Position numbers and translations under genes: made by a program. This document shows, piece by piece, positions 37,415-40,021 of a stretch of 40,021 nucleotides of DNA. Source of the DNA: Bacteroidota bacterium (GTDB lineage: Bacteria; Bacteroidota; Bacteroidia; Chitinophagales; Chitinophagaceae). Positions within the stretch are counted from its first letter, which is position 1; each line of letters begins with the position of its first letter. The stretch spans positions 1-40,021 of the forward strand of contig JBDKJW010000001.1 in the NCBI GenBank assembly GCA_039796395.1, written 5' to 3'. The notes beneath the pieces were generated by a model. The model searched no databases, was not told where the DNA came from, and saw only the letters and a program-made list of their open reading frames with translations.

Positions 37415-38311
37415 CTATTGACTAATAAGCTTCTTAATCAACGCCTCTTCCTCTGCTGCTTTTAATTTAACTGCCGGTTTTACTTGCGAATTTGGCATCG
37501 TCATCGATAAAACATATTGTTTCAATTTCCATTCATTGCCCACTTTTACCACAACGCCAGAGCCTCTACAGATTTTCATTTGCGTATTGAGTAATTCATC
37601 GAACCAACCCCAAGCACCCGATTTGTCTAAATAAATATTGCGTTTGATAGCTGTGAAATGCCATGTCTTTCCTTTATCAAAATAGGGTTTTGCATAGGCC
37701 ATAAAAGCTTTTTTATCCCAAATTTCTGTGGCGTCTGTGCCCATAAAACTGCAGTCGTCTGTGTATAAATTAAAATAAGCGTTGAAATGAGCATGACTTG
37801 CAGTTGCATTGAGTGTATCGAGTAAAGCAGCTATCTCTTTTTTGGCCATCATCGCTTCATTATGGTTGCCTGCAACGCTATTTACTTCAATCCAATACCC
37901 ATTATTATCTTGAAAATAAATTTGTTGGATACCATCTGCGCGGATAGTGATTTTATTGGGGGCGCCAGGCCAATCGGAATAGGGGATTTTGTTTTTGTTG
38001 AGTTGCTGAATAAGTATATCAAATGCATTTGTTGTAAGTGCGATATGAACTGCTTTGTTTATTTGTACAGGTTCTTTAATGATAGAAACCAAGTGCAACT
38101 CTTTACCTTCTGTTAATGAGAACCAACGGATGCCTTCCATTTTTGTTCTATTGGTAATTTCTTTCAATCCGAGGATGGTGCTATAAAATTGTGCGGCTGC
38201 ATCTACATCTTTAACGGATAGGGCAATATGGTTTAAACTCAGGCCAAGTTCTTGTGCCATACTTACATGTATTACACAATAGCTACAAATCAATAGGATA
38301 AAGCGTTTCAT
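37415..38311 (-). CDS. Exported VOC (glyoxalase-like) + SnoaL/NTF2-like fusion protein
   Basis: Signal peptide; VOC domain (NHIALSVKD, ELHL, HIAL, YFQDNNGYWIE); SnoaL-like domain (FMGTDATEIW, WFDELL, CRGSGV, QYVLS). Confidence 0.8.
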   Translation of the reverse strand: MKRFILLICSYCVIHVSMAQELGLSLNHIALSVKDVDAAAQFYSTILGLKEITNRTKMEGIRWFSLTEGKELHLVSIIKEPVQINKAVHIALTTNAFDILIQQLNKNKIPYSDWPGAPNKITIRADGIQQIYFQDNNGYWIEVNSVAGNHNEAMMAKKEIAALLDTLNATASHAHFNAYFNLYTDDCSFMGTDATEIWDKKAFMAYAKPYFDKGKTWHFTAIKRNIYLDKSGAWGWFDELLNTQMKICRGSGVVVKVGNEWKLKQYVLSMTMPNSQVKPAVKLKAAEEEALIKKLISQ

Positions 38312-38327
38312 GCGATTATTATAAAAG

Positions 38328-39341
38328 TTATAAAATATTTACTTCTCGTTCTAAACTAATATTGAATTTTTCTTGCACAGATTCAATAATGGCTGAAGAT
38401 AATTCATAAATTTCATTGCCGGTTGCTTTTCCATAGTTTACCAACACCAATGCTTGTTTTTCGTAACAGCCAGCGTCGTCTTTTCTATAACCTTTCCATC
38501 CGCATTGTTCTATGAGCCATCCTGCAGGAATTTTTATTGCTTCACCAGAAGGGAAGCTTGGTATTTGTGGAAATGATTGAAGCAATGTATCGTATTGAAT
38601 TTTAGGTATAACCGGATTTTTAAAGAAACTCCCTGCATTACCAATAATAGTAGGGTTTGGTAATTTACTAGATCTGATATGGATGACTGCTTGTGAAATG
38701 GCTGCAACGTTTAATGAACTGATATTCATTTTCTCTAACTCATCCTCAATAGCGCCATAGCTAATTTTGAAGACAGGCTTTTTGCTTAGCTTAAGCGTTA
38801 CAGAGGTAATGATAGATTGGTTTTTTAGCGCGCGCTTAAAAATACTATCGCGGTAACCAAATAAACAGTCTTTATTACTTAGTTGAATGATTGATTGATC
38901 GGCAATTAACATGGCTTCTACTTCATGTAACACATCTTTTAACTCCACTCCATAAGCGCCAATATTTTGGATTGGGGCTGCCCCAACATGGCCGGGTATC
39001 AAACTCAAATTTTCAATACCACCCCAATTATTTGCTACACAATGCTGCACCAAGCCATGCCAAGATTCGCCTGCCATCGCTTTCAAATAAACTGTTTCCG
39101 CTGTTTCTTCAATAATAGAAATACCTTTTAGTTGATTGTGTAAAACCCAGCCATCAAAATTTTTCGTTAATAAAACATTACTACCACCACCCAATACAAA
39201 TATTTTTTGCTTGAGTTGTTCTTGTTCCGTCATAAGTTCATGTAACAACTCCATCGTATTGACTGGCGAGTAGTATTGGGCAATGGCTTCAATGCCGAAG
39301 CTATTATAGGGTTTTAATGATATGTTTTCTTGTAGTAACAT
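38328..39341 (-). CDS. murB: UDP-N-acetylenolpyruvoylglucosamine reductase
   Basis: LGGGSNVL, IPGHVGAAPIQNIGAYG, FGYRDSIFK, GNAGSFFKNP and LEREV. Confidence 0.97.
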   Translation of the reverse strand: MLLQENISLKPYNSFGIEAIAQYYSPVNTMELLHELMTEQEQLKQKIFVLGGGSNVLLTKNFDGWVLHNQLKGISIIEETAETVYLKAMAGESWHGLVQHCVANNWGGIENLSLIPGHVGAAPIQNIGAYGVELKDVLHEVEAMLIADQSIIQLSNKDCLFGYRDSIFKRALKNQSIITSVTLKLSKKPVFKISYGAIEDELEKMNISSLNVAAISQAVIHIRSSKLPNPTIIGNAGSFFKNPVIPKIQYDTLLQSFPQIPSFPSGEAIKIPAGWLIEQCGWKGYRKDDAGCYEKQALVLVNYGKATGNEIYELSSAIIESVQEKFNISLEREVNIL

Positions 39342-39342
39342 G

Positions 39343-40021
39343 CTAATAAACAGGATCTATATTGGGTATTACTTGAACAGCGCGGTATCTTTTATTGGTG
39401 CTCAAAATAGTTATTTGTTGATCGATACAGTGTTTGCAATAATTGATGAGTTTGGTATCTCTAGGGAGTTTAAACAGCAGTTCCCAAATATACTGATTTC
39501 GAACTCTATCGATTAATGGTTGAGATGGACCGTTCATATACTGTTGAAATTCCTTTTTCATCCCATGCGCAAATACATTGGCAGCTTCTTCGGCAATATG
39601 TTTTTCTTTATGTTTAAAAACCATTTGAATAAGTCGGCTAAAAGGAGGATAGAAAAAGGATTGTCTATTTGCAACTTCCCAATCATACAATTGTTCATAA
39701 TTATGTTGTTGTACAAATTGCAATACTGGGTGAGTGGGGTTGCTTACTTGAATCAGTACTTGTCCGTCTCCATTTTTTCTTCCGGCTCTTCCACTTACTT
39801 GTTCCATAAGTTGAAAGGCTCTTTCATTGACCCTAAAATCGGTGAAGTTTAAAATACCATCTGCATCTGCAATACCCACTAATCCTACATCTTCAAAATC
39901 GAGGCCCTTCACCACCATTTGTGTGCCCACTAAAATTTGTATATTTTTTTGTTCGAAACGTTTGATTAAAATATCATGGTCTTGTTTGCCTTTTACACTA
40001 TCATAATCCATTCGGGCAATG
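39343..40021 (-). CDS. priA: Primosomal protein N' helicase, C-terminal part (truncated by window edge)
   Basis: ILVGTQMVVKGLDF, DFRVNERAFQLMEQVSGRAGR, YPPF and terminal IDP. The frame stays open to the window end. Confidence 0.95.
   Translation of the reverse strand, partial: IARMDYDSVKGKQDHDILIKRFEQKNIQILVGTQMVVKGLDFEDVGLVGIADADGILNFTDFRVNERAFQLMEQVSGRAGRKNGDGQVLIQVSNPTHPVLQFVQQHNYEQLYDWEVANRQSFFYPPFSRLIQMVFKHKEKHIAEEAANVFAHGMKKEFQQYMNGPSQPLIDRVRNQYIWELLFKLPRDTKLINYCKHCIDQQITILSTNKRYRAVQVIPNIDPVY

Noticed and set aside
673-39852. Many 60-110 aa ORFs nested in or antisense to assigned genes
   Set aside because: Shadow ORFs of well-supported CDSs with no motifs of their own.

Overview
AT-rich chromosomal segment from a Bacteroidota bacterium, probably Chitinophagaceae-like (inferred from gene content and TAnnTTTG promoters). 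The left arm (1-13.5 kb) is mostly housekeeping: the shikimate operon (3' end of DAHP synthase/chorismate mutase, a frameshifted aroB, aroA, aroC), DUF952, rlpA, a TSP3-repeat OmpA, miaE, bioF, an ATP-grasp/glutamine amidotransferase/M42 peptidase group and a LuxE-like gene. The middle (13.6-31.1 kb) is accessory-type. It holds a Crp/Fnr-led sulfane-sulfur cluster and a dense sigma-54 signalling locus. That locus has a hybrid kinase, an NtrC-type activator, two outward-facing sigma-54 promoters sharing an upstream motif, GT4 genes, NarL-type and single-domain receivers, and two paralogous PAS-DHp-REC proteins with no kinase catalytic domain. The right arm is housekeeping: EamA, dapD, GT9, CCA enzyme, miaA, a VOC-SnoaL fusion, murB and the 3' part of priA. 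Several 7-bp and 12/24-bp periodic repeats sit at gene junctions. I see no rRNA, tRNA, CRISPR array, transposase or integrase. All family assignments come from motif recognition by eye; no database searches were run.
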